A model generated the notes under the pieces. The model was given only the letters and a program-made list of their open reading frames with translations. It made no database searches and was not told where the DNA came from. Below, piece by piece: positions 29,183-39,064 of a stretch of 64,000 nucleotides of DNA (position 1 is the stretch's first letter; every line of letters begins with the position of its first letter). The translations under genes and the position numbers were made by a program. Origin of the DNA: a virus (lineage: Duplodnaviria > Caudoviricetes); IMG/VR virus record IMGVR_UViG_2871760914_000003, positions 3,131-67,130 of that record. One strand, 5' to 3'.

Positions 29183-29629
29183 TTAAAATCGGTCAAATTC
29201 ATTGTATTCATCACTCTTGTTACTCGAACCGCCACGGAGAGAACTAAGAGGATCAAGGCCAAGCATTGAACCTGCGCGAATGAGTTGGCTAAAAGCAATA
29301 TTCCTAGCAGCGAAGACTGGGTTAGTTTTCTCGCCACCATTTCCGCCCTCACCAGCAAGCCCACGGCTCGCCGTCATCGTTTTAGCTTTCTCCGTGATAG
29401 AGCTATCGGCCTCTACAATGTAATGCCAAGCATTGCAGTACAGAATCAGTAGTAAATGATGTTCAGGCTCGAACGTACCACGTTCAAAGAGAATTTTGGC
29501 ATTCTTGCTCCAAACCTCTTCCGCAACCGGACTGAGTAATCCAAAGGGAGGCTGAATTTGTGATGCTCGCTTGTTAGCGATTGGAACGACATTTTTCTTA
29601 CGCCCTGCCCCACTTGCTCGAATAGACAT
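29183..29629 (-). CDS. P27-family terminase small subunit
   Basis: ASGAGRK...PPFGLLSPVAEEVW...LFERGTFE..LILYCNAW...NPVFAARN..FSQL...LGLDPLS. Confidence 0.82.
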   Translation of the reverse strand: MSIRASGAGRKKNVVPIANKRASQIQPPFGLLSPVAEEVWSKNAKILFERGTFEPEHHLLLILYCNAWHYIVEADSSITEKAKTMTASRGLAGEGGNGGEKTNPVFAARNIAFSQLIRAGSMLGLDPLSSLRGGSSNKSDEYNEFDRF

Positions 29630-29703
29630 ATAACCTCCAATCGATAGGTAGAACTTAAGAATTGATCATGATTAAGAGGAGAAAGCTGGGAGAAAAATTT
29701 GAT

Positions 29704-29780
29704 CCTTAATTCGTGTGCATAAAAATACGATGAGGCGGGCAGTACAATGAATTCTAGGTCAAAAACTCTCACCCTACCCT
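29704..29780 (-). other. Putative HK97/P27-type cos region upstream of terS
   Basis: Minus strand AGGGTAGGG...ACTGCCCGCCTC..ATTTTTATGCACACGAA, resembling from memory the motif preceding terS in P27/SfV-type phages; not verified by search. Confidence 0.5.
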
Positions 29781-29969
29781 ACAACGTCAATACTCATAGC
29801 AAATCGTTCACAAACTTTATAGGTTAATTATAAATAGCTTTGTAGAAAACATGTCTAGATTTGAGAATAACTAACAAATCAAAATAATAATAACAAATAA
29901 CATTTCATAATTTATCCGAGCCGTTCCTCAACTTGAACGGCTCAAGAAAACGTTACTATAAATATTAAT

Positions 29970-31997
29970 TTATAATTTTCTTATTAGCTTCCCTTCATCT
30001 TTATTAAAGGAAACAATTGTATACTCATAACCATCTAAAGCATTCACAAGAACACTTTCGTCTTCTGATGTAGCAAAAATAATTTGCCCATTGATTTTTG
30101 TAGATTCAGCAGCATCTTTAAGCAATTCTGCGAAGCTAACCTTGTTTGCCTCTTGTTGCCTTGGCTCATCAAATATAATAATTCCAGGGTGATTTGTATT
30201 GAATGCCTGACCTAAAGAAAACAAACTAATCAAATATCCCCAAATAATTCGAATGCCATCACTTGCAGAGGTATCAAAACCGATATCATAACCTTCTCTA
30301 TTAGGTAAGTAGTTATCTTCTGAGATACCAATTAACTCCGAGTCAAAACTAGTGAAGTTGTATTTCTTCAACCGTTCAACGACACCATTTTTCAAATGAA
30401 GTAATTTCTTTGCATCTTCTGCTGAAAGAATTCGCTCAGGAAATGAACGTCTTTCCGATGTCAGCTTTTTATATTTCTTATGTAGTGAATCTAATTCCAA
30501 CCGAATATCCGTGATATCTCTTACCGCATCATCAATATCATTGATTGAATTTTCTAAATTTATTTTATGTCTTAAATACTCTTCTTGCATTGCTAAAGAT
30601 GGGTAGTCTGTATTTTTTAATTTATTTATCTCACTTTTAAGCGTTGCAATTTTTGACTCGGTTCGTCTTTGCTCTGCTTCCTTAAACTTCAATTGACCAT
30701 TACAATCCGACAATACAAAGTCAAACGCTTTTATCTGCTCTTTAATAAATACCAAACTACTTTCGTATGTCATAAGATTTTCTTGAGATGAGAAATCCAA
30801 GAGATTATCATTATATTGCCCTCCACAAGTAGGGCATTCGTTTGATAGTAATTTAGTGGACTCATACACTGATGAATCTGAGATTTTCTTTAAGTCTTCA
30901 TATTTCTTCTTATCATCTAAAAGATTTTCCAGTCTCTTTTTTGTAGAAATTATCTGATAATTAATATAGCTTTTATGATCACTAATATCTTGTAAAACTT
31001 GCTCTAAAGCGTGAACCTCATCAACTTTAGAACTAATTTTTCTTTGCACTGACAATTGCAAAGCTTCATCATCAAAATTGCTCAATGCATTAGTTTCTAA
31101 GAGATTTAATTCAATAGAAAATTCCGTTCTCAATTCAACTAACGACTTTATTTTGTCACCTTCTTTGATGACAAGATCAATCTTATAATTATCAAATTTT
31201 GATTCGGGTTGTTCAGGTATTCCAGTAACTACTGCTGATACTTTTGAAGCAACTAATTCAGCATTACGCCGAATCAGTTTCCAATGATTTGATATCTCAT
31301 CAATACTATTTTTTAATGCACTTCTCTTCAAAATATTTTCATTTACATTTAGAGCCATCAAAAATTCTAGCGCTCTTTTTTTAGCCTCCTTAATACCAAA
31401 CTGTGTTGGTATTGTAGCCATTATCGATGCCCATCCTTTTTTCTGCTCTACATACCACGCAGGGAAAAGTACAGAGGGGTAAAGGATGGTATCTTTGCCA
31501 CTATGATTGGGCACCAGAGGAAGCACCCAACCAATAAATTTAGAAAGCCACTTATAAAACCCCATATCACGGTCAGTATCTCCTTCACGATGAAGGAAAT
31601 ATGAGCCACTCTTCATGGAATTGTCGTCCTCATTAACTTCCTCAATGTAGACTATATTGTCACTTTCAAACCCTATTATGTTCCGCTTTAGAGAGGCGTT
31701 ATTACCATCATGATTTTTTATTTTTAACAACACATATGATGATATTACTTTTACTTCTTTTCCATCAGCTGTAGTTAAAGCTCTTGTAAGTGAGGGAGGA
31801 AATGGAATTTTCGCAGCACCGACTCCTAAAGCTTTTTCCATACCTAATGCGTAGGCTATAGCGTTCATGCAAGTGGATTTACCATGAGAGTTTTCCACTC
31901 TCAGTAAAAATAAACCCTTCGAAAATGGGATGGATACGCCGTAACGTCCATCGGTAGTATTTGCAACAATTTCTAATGAAATTATCTCTAATGACAT
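29970..31997 (-). CDS. Lamassu/ABC-3C SMC-like ATPase (LmuB-like)
   Basis: Walker A ENSHGKST, coiled coils with central CPTC, signature SASDG, Walker B IIIFDEPRQ. Confidence 0.88.
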   Translation of the reverse strand: MSLEIISLEIVANTTDGRYGVSIPFSKGLFLLRVENSHGKSTCMNAIAYALGMEKALGVGAAKIPFPPSLTRALTTADGKEVKVISSYVLLKIKNHDGNNASLKRNIIGFESDNIVYIEEVNEDDNSMKSGSYFLHREGDTDRDMGFYKWLSKFIGWVLPLVPNHSGKDTILYPSVLFPAWYVEQKKGWASIMATIPTQFGIKEAKKRALEFLMALNVNENILKRSALKNSIDEISNHWKLIRRNAELVASKVSAVVTGIPEQPESKFDNYKIDLVIKEGDKIKSLVELRTEFSIELNLLETNALSNFDDEALQLSVQRKISSKVDEVHALEQVLQDISDHKSYINYQIISTKKRLENLLDDKKKYEDLKKISDSSVYESTKLLSNECPTCGGQYNDNLLDFSSQENLMTYESSLVFIKEQIKAFDFVLSDCNGQLKFKEAEQRRTESKIATLKSEINKLKNTDYPSLAMQEEYLRHKINLENSINDIDDAVRDITDIRLELDSLHKKYKKLTSERRSFPERILSAEDAKKLLHLKNGVVERLKKYNFTSFDSELIGISEDNYLPNREGYDIGFDTSASDGIRIIWGYLISLFSLGQAFNTNHPGIIIFDEPRQQEANKVSFAELLKDAAESTKINGQIIFATSEDESVLVNALDGYEYTIVSFNKDEGKLIRKL

Positions 31998-31998
31998 A

Positions 31999-32463
31999 TC
32001 ATCCTACCTGAAATATTTTATTAATGTTAGTTTCGGATAACTCTTTTTTATACTTTATTAGTTTAAAACGTTCATCCTTGAATACCTCAAGTGCGATAAG
32101 TTTAGCTACGCACAATTCACCCTTCTCGGAGATTTTGAACTTATCATTATCTCTTATAATAAAACCTTCATCCAATAATAATTCAATTGCCCTATCAAGA
32201 GTTGGATCCATACGAACTTCAGGCCTAATACTTTCTTTATTGAACGTCCAAACCTCATAGCTTGTACTATTATGATCGGATTTTAAAACCCAATTAACCA
32301 CATGAAGTTTCTTCAAAGAGCAGCAACCAGAACGTCCAACCAGAGAAAAAACTATCAATACTAGACTACAACGCCATAATGGTCTCATGTCACAAGGCAG
32401 AAGCTCTGGTCTTTTTGTAAAAGTAAAAGGTTTATTGATAACTTCTTCAATTGTAATGTTCAT
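31999..32463 (-). CDS. Lamassu/ABC-3C middle component (LmuC-like)
   Basis: 154 aa between effector and ATPase; SLKKLHVVNW...RMDPTLDRAIELL winged-helix-like pattern. Confidence 0.75.
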   Translation of the reverse strand: MNITIEEVINKPFTFTKRPELLPCDMRPLWRCSLVLIVFSLVGRSGCCSLKKLHVVNWVLKSDHNSTSYEVWTFNKESIRPEVRMDPTLDRAIELLLDEGFIIRDNDKFKISEKGELCVAKLIALEVFKDERFKLIKYKKELSETNINKIFQVG

Positions 32464-32476
32464 ATGATTATCTACC

Positions 32477-33397
32477 TTAAAAATCTAATGGGCAACGTAT
32501 CAGCCAGTCAGAAATAACGCCCCATGTGATTTTTTCAAGATCTGCCTGTTTGAAAGTTGGAACTTCTTCTTCAATGCATCTCTTCAGCGATTCAATATGT
32601 TCAGTCATAATTCCAGATGGTTGTGCATCTGAAGGCGCAAGCATGAACGTACCAACTAAGTTATTCTCTCGTTGCTGTATGCACTTATAAACTACTTCAT
32701 AGATATCAACCCAATTTGTCTTGAGCGTGTCTAATAAATTTTGATAATCGAGAAACTTTTGAATTAAAAAATTCCTGATCTGTTCTTGCCTTGAAAGTGA
32801 ATCATTTATTTTTGGTAGTTTTAAATTTAACTTTTCAAGAAAAGAACTATTACTACTGATGAAATCAATTGCACCTTCAATTGTCGTATCATTGAGTTCT
32901 AAACTCAGTTGATAAGACTCTTTACGTAAAGCAAATGACTCTTGAATGTAATTCTTCTCGGTTTGAACAATAATTTGAAAATCATCACTTACATATGAAA
33001 GTCCTAAATCTCGAACTTTTAATGATTTAGTAGTGCAATACTGACTGAGCTTAGATGATTTATTGAACGGTGTGGCCAAAATCCAGCGACTGATTTTTAG
33101 GCTGCCAAAAAGTTCTTTAAGTTCTTTAACATTAGTTTTAGAGAACTTTTCAATATCGTTATAGATTTTCTTTCGTTGAGCTTTATAAAGCTTATCAATA
33201 TCACTCGATTGCTCAGGTAAATAACATTGAAAAACGTGTCCTTCCAAAGTGTAGCATTCAAGACCAAAATCTCCGCCATGCGAGTCGGGTAGGTCGCAAC
33301 AGTTTGCGGGTTTATAGTGAAGCCAGATAATGCTTTTGAAATATGATTCCCATGCTTTGGGGTCGCTGTGAGGGTCAGTTCGCATTTCCAAGTCCAT
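32477..33397 (-). CDS. Lamassu/ABC-3C effector, PD-(D/E)xK-type nuclease plus CTD (LmuA-like)
   Basis: HGGDFGLE..VFQCY nuclease motif; C-terminal WGVISDWLIRCPLDF typical of ABC-3C CTDs; start likely MDLEMR at 33397. Confidence 0.8.
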   Translation of the reverse strand: MDLEMRTDPHSDPKAWESYFKSIIWLHYKPANCCDLPDSHGGDFGLECYTLEGHVFQCYLPEQSSDIDKLYKAQRKKIYNDIEKFSKTNVKELKELFGSLKISRWILATPFNKSSKLSQYCTTKSLKVRDLGLSYVSDDFQIIVQTEKNYIQESFALRKESYQLSLELNDTTIEGAIDFISSNSSFLEKLNLKLPKINDSLSRQEQIRNFLIQKFLDYQNLLDTLKTNWVDIYEVVYKCIQQRENNLVGTFMLAPSDAQPSGIMTEHIESLKRCIEEEVPTFKQADLEKITWGVISDWLIRCPLDF

Positions 33398-33741
33398 TGA
33401 AAAAATTTTACGCCAGTATAACCCCTTGTTCTTAAGGGCGTAAATAAAACTGGCTATAAATCCGACACCTACTGGAAAAGATTTTAAAGCACTAAATGAG
33501 CTGAACTGCTCATCAAAAGCATCAATTTGGCTTACTAAAAATCCCTGGTGCAGCATAAAACTTACCCCAACTGGTTGGTCAGCGGCATTTATGGCACTTG
33601 ATAGATTAACGATCAATCTCATGCTACTCATCTGTCTAAACCTAGCGGATTGCTCTCACCAATCATTTAAATCAAAGAGATTTTTCACAGCAGATTTAAG
33701 TATCAAGTCACCACATCGAATGCCTCTCATCATAGCAAGCA

Positions 33742-33757
33742 CTGTATATAAATACAG
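33742..33757. promoter_or_regulatory. LexA box
   Basis: CTGTATATAAATACAG, near-perfect consensus, between gpA and the Lamassu operon. Confidence 0.88.
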
Positions 33758-34054
33758 CTTAAATTTTAATTACATAGTCTGAGAAAATTGACGAAAAGAA
33801 CTCATGTCTATGATATTAAAGTTTAATTTTATGATTAACGTCCATCATACCTCCCATGGTCTTTGAAAGTTTGTGAGTTATCTCTGACAAAAGGTTGGTT
33901 CTAAGGTCAAATCTGAGATGTAAAAGCGACCAATTAAGTCTTGAAAATTTTCGACTAACCAAACAAAAGTTCACAAGCCATTTGTGCAATATGTAAGCAC
34001 TAAAACCGCTTTCATTTCGTTGATTGAAGGCCGGTAGTTCTAAATTCTCTAACA

Positions 34055-36139
34055 TTAGGAGCTATTCCAATGGTCGATTTCGCCGCTTGGAAGAACAGGA
34101 TTTAGATTACATTTAAGTGGATCCGTACAGTTATTGTCAGAACTCCAAGAGGCCGCATTCGCGTCCTGAAGGTCAACCGCCAAGCCAACCACCTGCTTTG
34201 GCACCAGCTTCCACTGACTTACACGAGTGAGGATGTGGGAATCACCACCAGCGGTTAAAGTCTGCAACCCCTTTAGACGCACAACCTCTTCACGATATTC
34301 ATTCAGGTAATCATCAGGCTGATACCAAGGCCGCACCACCAGCCCATCACGATGCACAAACGGGCCACCTTGCGCTTTGATGTAGCCCGCCCAATCGCCT
34401 GCATCAGCCGCATCATGTGCCTTAGCAAATTCAGGGCTTATACGTTGAGCGGCGGCGCTATCAGCCATTCGCCGTAGCTCACGATAAACAGTAACCGGCG
34501 CACCACCGATGAACTGAAACTGCCGGATATGCCAAAGCGAAGCCCATGCCGAAACCGCTGATGCTGTGCCCTTCAACGGTTTCCCGCTTTCATCGTCCAG
34601 CTCTTCATCAAGCGCATAGCCATCAATGTTTTTGGCGATGTATTTAGCGATGTAGCCCGTTGCACTTCCTTTGTTGGGATCGATGTTCTCAGCATGAAAG
34701 CGAGCCTTGCGAGCTTTGTCCGTTACTAACTCCTCGGCGTGCTCCTGATATGCGTATTCACGCATGATCATGCGCAAGCGTTCTACATCAGTTGGCAGCA
34801 TGAACAGCAGCAAGTGCCAATGCGGCGTTGCATCGTGATGAGGTTCAGCAACGCGAATGCCGAAAACACGGATTTTTTCGCGCTGTAGTTTGGCGCGAAT
34901 CTTCTGCCAAAGCTTGCAGAGATAAAGCTGGGTTTCAGTGGGGCTAGACCCGATCCATTTGGGATTAAAATGCCCAGTGTTGATGGTTGCGTGGTAACAA
35001 GAAGGGGCCGTTAGTGTGCAGAACAGGCCAACATAGCCCATCTCATTACTGATATTTTCAAAGCCACGGATTCGCGTCATTAGTTCGCAACGACGAATAG
35101 CTGGATTAGCAACACTGCTTTCGTAAGCATCAATCAGATTGATGCGGTTGCCCTCCTCGTCTTCTAGCTCCATGCGTTCAAGGTAATCGCGCTCACGCCG
35201 TTTTTTTTCATACCAATCAGACACTGCCATGCTGCTGGCGTAGGCATTGTGTTTTTTGCTAACGGTGCCAAGTGCGATTTGCAAATGTTCTTGCCATGAT
35301 TCCGCGATGTGCCGTAATCGCCCACTCCACCATTTAGGTGAGAGCATGTGTAGGATTGCGGATTCGACTTCACTGGGTTCGAAGCGTTTTTGAGTGACCA
35401 GATCCCACTTGCAAGGGACCTGTTTTAACTCCCGTGTGATAGCCGCCACCGCCATGTAGTTATGATGTAACTGGTGATATTCCGAGCAAGCTAAGCGACT
35501 GCCTAGCCCCATCACCTCATTCACATAACATGCGATGTCATTAGCTAGCCGTTCAATGTCCGCACGGCTCATCTCATGAAGGCGATTAATACGACGCTTC
35601 AGATCTACCAGTCGACCAAGCAAATGTGCAGCAGCCGTTGCACTCTGAGCGATGGTAAAACACTGCATGCGAACTGCTTCGCTGACGTCATCTAAGCGAT
35701 AACTCACGTTCACGCTTTCTATACGCGGCAACAGACTTTTTTTGACGTTATCGATCAAGTAAGCAGCAGCGCTGGCAATACCGTTCGCGCTTTCTCGCGC
35801 AGAGAGACGGCGTTCGATCTCAGTGCGAACGAATTTTGGAAGCTTGCCAAGAACCTCACGCTTCTGAGATGAGAACGTATTTCGTGCCACAGCATCTAGA
35901 ACGAACTGATGGTTACGGCGATAGATCTCAACATACGTTGGATATGGGCTGGCGATTGCCTTTCGCGGATAATTCCATGGGTATGCATACGTCTCATGGC
36001 ACACGCTCCCAACCCCATTATATGGGGTGCTCGTATGTACCAGGTTATCGACGTTCAAGCCATCATGATTCGGCTTGATATATACATTGCGCATTGCAGT
36101 GATCCTATTTTTGGGCAAAGGGAAACCCGGCGGGTTCAC
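34055..36139 (-). CDS. P2 gpA-type rolling-circle initiator (C-terminally short)
   Basis: YPWNYPRKAIASPY, EPHHDATPHWH, YIAKYIAKN; ends ~25 codons after the ori; start uncertain (36094 or 36139). Confidence 0.9.
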   Translation of the reverse strand: MNPPGFPLPKNRITAMRNVYIKPNHDGLNVDNLVHTSTPYNGVGSVCHETYAYPWNYPRKAIASPYPTYVEIYRRNHQFVLDAVARNTFSSQKREVLGKLPKFVRTEIERRLSARESANGIASAAAYLIDNVKKSLLPRIESVNVSYRLDDVSEAVRMQCFTIAQSATAAAHLLGRLVDLKRRINRLHEMSRADIERLANDIACYVNEVMGLGSRLACSEYHQLHHNYMAVAAITRELKQVPCKWDLVTQKRFEPSEVESAILHMLSPKWWSGRLRHIAESWQEHLQIALGTVSKKHNAYASSMAVSDWYEKKRRERDYLERMELEDEEGNRINLIDAYESSVANPAIRRCELMTRIRGFENISNEMGYVGLFCTLTAPSCYHATINTGHFNPKWIGSSPTETQLYLCKLWQKIRAKLQREKIRVFGIRVAEPHHDATPHWHLLLFMLPTDVERLRMIMREYAYQEHAEELVTDKARKARFHAENIDPNKGSATGYIAKYIAKNIDGYALDEELDDESGKPLKGTASAVSAWASLWHIRQFQFIGGAPVTVYRELRRMADSAAAQRISPEFAKAHDAADAGDWAGYIKAQGGPFVHRDGLVVRPWYQPDDYLNEYREEVVRLKGLQTLTAGGDSHILTRVSQWKLVPKQVVGLAVDLQDANAASWSSDNNCTDPLKCNLNPVLPSGEIDHWNSS
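34125..34150 (-). other. gpA origin/nick site (island)
   Basis: Minus strand TCTTG^GAGTTCTGACAATAACTGTAC. Confidence 0.8.
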
Positions 36140-36160
36140 GCCATAATTTTGTTAAATCGG

Positions 36161-36448
36161 TTACTCGTTAATGAATCGGTCTGCCGTCGAGAAGTACGGA
36201 GGCATCGCTTTGCCCATCTGCGACAACTCGTTCATTGCCTGAATCAGCAGCCATCGCTGTTGCTCGCTGAAACGCTCAAACGGCAAGCCAATGTCAGAGA
36301 TTTTAAAGGTGCCACGAGCTATCAGATTTGCTTGGCTAATCACTGATAACTGACAATGAGCATCAAGACTGTCGTAATAACGCATTGAGTGGTTTTTGTT
36401 GCGAATGGTCTGATCACGGTAAGTTCTCTGAAACTCAGCATGATTCAT
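36161..36448 (-). CDS. DUF5347-like early protein
   Basis: IGLPFERFSEQQRWLLIQAMNELSQMG...YFSTADRFINE, similar to 25801 and 62623 ORFs. Confidence 0.7.
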   Translation of the reverse strand: MNHAEFQRTYRDQTIRNKNHSMRYYDSLDAHCQLSVISQANLIARGTFKISDIGLPFERFSEQQRWLLIQAMNELSQMGKAMPPYFSTADRFINE

Positions 36449-36586
36449 CGCCGTTGCACCCAACAAGTGACCGTGAACCGGACTGCCCCACGGATCAGGC
36501 TGTAGCTTGTGATGTTTGCTAGCAGAATGATTGCGCATACATTCTCCTCACCTGAATTCACTGGGTTGATCTGATTGTTAGAGCCG

Positions 36587-36835
36587 TTAGAAGGGCTGGC
36601 GAACAGAGTCCAGGAAGGCATCAAGATCGGACTGGCGGTAGATGGTTTTTTTCTTGCCGACTTTGTAGAAGGGAATTTTGACGCGGCCCGAACTGTGCCA
36701 GTTGGCAAGGGTGCGGGTGGCGACGCCGATATACTCAGCGGCCTCTGGGCGGGTGAACTTGCGTTCGTTGAGAATGGAGTTGTTCATGAATGCACCTTGA
36801 TGATCATTAATTAACGCAATGTCACTATGGTGCAT
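36587..36835 (-). CDS. AlpA/excisionase-like HTH protein
   Basis: TRPEAAEYIGVATRTLANW...FYKVG...YRQSDLDAFL. Confidence 0.85.
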   Translation of the reverse strand: MHHSDIALINDHQGAFMNNSILNERKFTRPEAAEYIGVATRTLANWHSSGRVKIPFYKVGKKKTIYRQSDLDAFLDSVRQPF

Positions 36836-36869
36836 CTGAAATAATCTAAAAAGGGGTGAAAGTGTACTT

Positions 36870-37499
36870 TCACCCCTGATTTCTTCTTGGAAAAACTAAT
36901 TTGAAATCCTTGCTTGGGCCTTTCCCTGCCACATTTTTATCTGGACCCAATTCGTGTAGAGCAATCCAATCTTTCAAAGCCGATTTACTTACAGATGGTC
37001 CAAACTCATCCTTTAACTTTTTAATCATTTGCCTCTTAGAGGCATGCTTATTTTTATCCCAAGTTGCTATCATTATATCTAAGATCTCAGGGTAAAGTTT
37101 ATGTTTGGGACCACTTGCATTTTTCCTTCGCTTATCACTATCTTCAGCCTTGTAATTTTCATCCATAAATTCAATAAAATGTGACTGAAGGAGATTTAAC
37201 TTCAACTCAATCAAAGATAGCTTTTCCGCCATTAGTTCATAACCTAATAGTGCAAAGCAGTGACTAGCATGTGATAACGTTTTTACGTCTTCGGATGGAG
37301 TCTGAGAATATTTAAGCTTGTCCGAAAATGTCGCAAGCATGTCGACCAACTCTTTTACTCCCTCCTCATTCAAATTAGGACCAGCAATACTAAAAACCTT
37401 CCGCATTTTTCTTTTCTTAATTTCAGCATTTAAAGCATCAAAGTAATTCTTAAAACGCGGATCTACCTCATTTTCTTCTTGCACCTTTAGCTTCCTCAT
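36870..37499 (-). CDS. Hypothetical protein
   Basis: 209-aa low-GC ORF overlapping the integrase stop; possible C-terminal HTH. Confidence 0.65.
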   Translation of the reverse strand: MRKLKVQEENEVDPRFKNYFDALNAEIKKRKMRKVFSIAGPNLNEEGVKELVDMLATFSDKLKYSQTPSEDVKTLSHASHCFALLGYELMAEKLSLIELKLNLLQSHFIEFMDENYKAEDSDKRRKNASGPKHKLYPEILDIMIATWDKNKHASKRQMIKKLKDEFGPSVSKSALKDWIALHELGPDKNVAGKGPSKDFKLVFPRRNQG

Positions 37500-38892
37500 T
37501 TGGATTCAGAATTGAAAACAGAAGCTCTCGTTTCATGTCATCACTCATGGAACCGAAAGCCGCTGATAGCTGAGCATCCAGCCCACCAGCCTTCTCAACC
37601 AGCCCCGCATGCTCCAAAATCGTCTGCTCGATCTTCTTCGCTGGCTCTTGCAGTTCATCAGCGGAGAAATGCAGATAACCCTGCGTTACATCAGCGCTAC
37701 GCAATGTGCGGTGGTTCATTAGCCGCTTGAGTATGTATGAACCAACCCCGGTTAACTCAGCAACGCTACCAAAGGTGCGGCGGGCATCATGACAGGTGAA
37801 TTCGATGGGATGTTCGGTGCCATCTTTCCCCGTTTCAGCCGTGATCAGGTTGATGATGCGGCGTGGCTCTTGAATCATCCCGCCCTTGGCTCCTGCGAAT
37901 ACATAGCGCTCATTGCCTTTGCGCTGCTTCTTGCGGCGGTCAAAAATTTGGTAGAGCGTATTGGTTATTGGTAGCTCAAGCGGATCACCGTTCTTAGTCT
38001 CATCGATCCAGAAATAGCGACCGCTTAGATTGACGCGCGACCACTCCAAACCGAAGACTTCTGAACGACGTAAGCCTGTAAACAGAGCCACATCCAGCGC
38101 ATCGCATACCGCAACAGCAAAAACGTCTTTGATAGAAAGCGAATACTGTCGAACTACATCGACGGAGGAGAGCCAGCGGGCAAGCTCGTTGTTACGAATG
38201 CGGCTAGTGCGGCGATGGGTGCCATGCCATTTGCGTTTGCTGCTAAATACCATTGTGGGCGGATCAGGCAGTAAGCATTTGCCCTCAGCATCGCGGTAGT
38301 GATCGTGTGAATAGCGATAAACAGCGCGCAGCGCTCGCGCCCATAAATCAGCTTGGGCTTTGCTTCCGCTTGCTACGCGAGAACGACTTGGTGTGTCTCC
38401 AAACCAAACACTCCCTTCTGTTATCGCTTTATGGCGGGTTTCAACTCGAGTCCTGTCGATTGAAGCCAACGGCTTACCGAACCAGTCCTTTGAGAAGTTT
38501 TGGAGAATGGATTTGTACTGCTTCGCCGTGGTGGCTTTCAGCCGATCACCACGAGATTTGATGTATTGATCGAATGCCTCAGAAAGCGTTACAACCGCTC
38601 TTGCGCTTTCTCGCCGCCCTTCGTTTGGATTCTTGCGCGTAGAGGCAACTTCACCGATGGCATGTGATGCTAGGTCACGGGCTTGATCAACAGTTAGGTC
38701 GGGAAACTTACCAAGGGTTACTCGGAAGAACTTACCGTCACGTTTTCGGGTAACGCAGAAGCTTTTAGCACCCGCAGCCGTAACACGCAGACGAAGGCCA
38801 TTAACAACGCTATCGGCATACTCTTCGCGCTTGCCTTCTGGAGCAGGCAATAATTGCCCGATTGCGGCTTTGGTAAATCTAAAAGTTTTCAC
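37468..38892 (-). CDS. P4-type tyrosine integrase with arm-binding domain
   Basis: GLRLRVTAAGAKSF..VTLGKFPDLTVDQAR arm domain; TGLRRSE, HDARRTFGS, LMNH, TQGY. Confidence 0.95.
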   Translation of the reverse strand: MKTFRFTKAAIGQLLPAPEGKREEYADSVVNGLRLRVTAAGAKSFCVTRKRDGKFFRVTLGKFPDLTVDQARDLASHAIGEVASTRKNPNEGRRESARAVVTLSEAFDQYIKSRGDRLKATTAKQYKSILQNFSKDWFGKPLASIDRTRVETRHKAITEGSVWFGDTPSRSRVASGSKAQADLWARALRAVYRYSHDHYRDAEGKCLLPDPPTMVFSSKRKWHGTHRRTSRIRNNELARWLSSVDVVRQYSLSIKDVFAVAVCDALDVALFTGLRRSEVFGLEWSRVNLSGRYFWIDETKNGDPLELPITNTLYQIFDRRKKQRKGNERYVFAGAKGGMIQEPRRIINLITAETGKDGTEHPIEFTCHDARRTFGSVAELTGVGSYILKRLMNHRTLRSADVTQGYLHFSADELQEPAKKIEQTILEHAGLVEKAGGLDAQLSAAFGSMSDDMKRELLFSILNPNEEAKGARRK

Positions 38893-38917
38893 GTCGTTAC
38901 CTGAAAAATTGCTCTGT

Positions 38918-38955
38918 GGGGATACTCTGGGGATTCCGGGATACCCCGGGGATTC
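38918..38955 (+). repeat. GGGGAT(A/T)C arm-type repeats x4, ~10 bp period
   Basis: Copies at 38918, 38929, 38938, 38948 between integrase start and att. Confidence 0.72.
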
Positions 38956-39064
38956 CGTAAATAGGTCATTTTGGGTAAGTATAGTGATATACCAACACCC
39001 GTCAAACTCCCGCCATTACTGACTTCTCCATAAACGTGACACATAGGTAATTATTGGATCTGAA

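Noticed and set aside
29446-29772. 108-aa ORF overlapping terS
   Set aside because: Overlaps terS in another frame and spans the cos-like motif; no protein features
33398-33631. N-terminal 78-aa extension of the Lamassu effector in the ORF track
   Set aside because: Looks like open upstream sequence; family-like sequence begins at MDLEMRTD
33816-34055. 79-aa ORF after island gpA
   Set aside because: TTG start, no motif or RBS; may be a decayed A C-terminus or chance ORF
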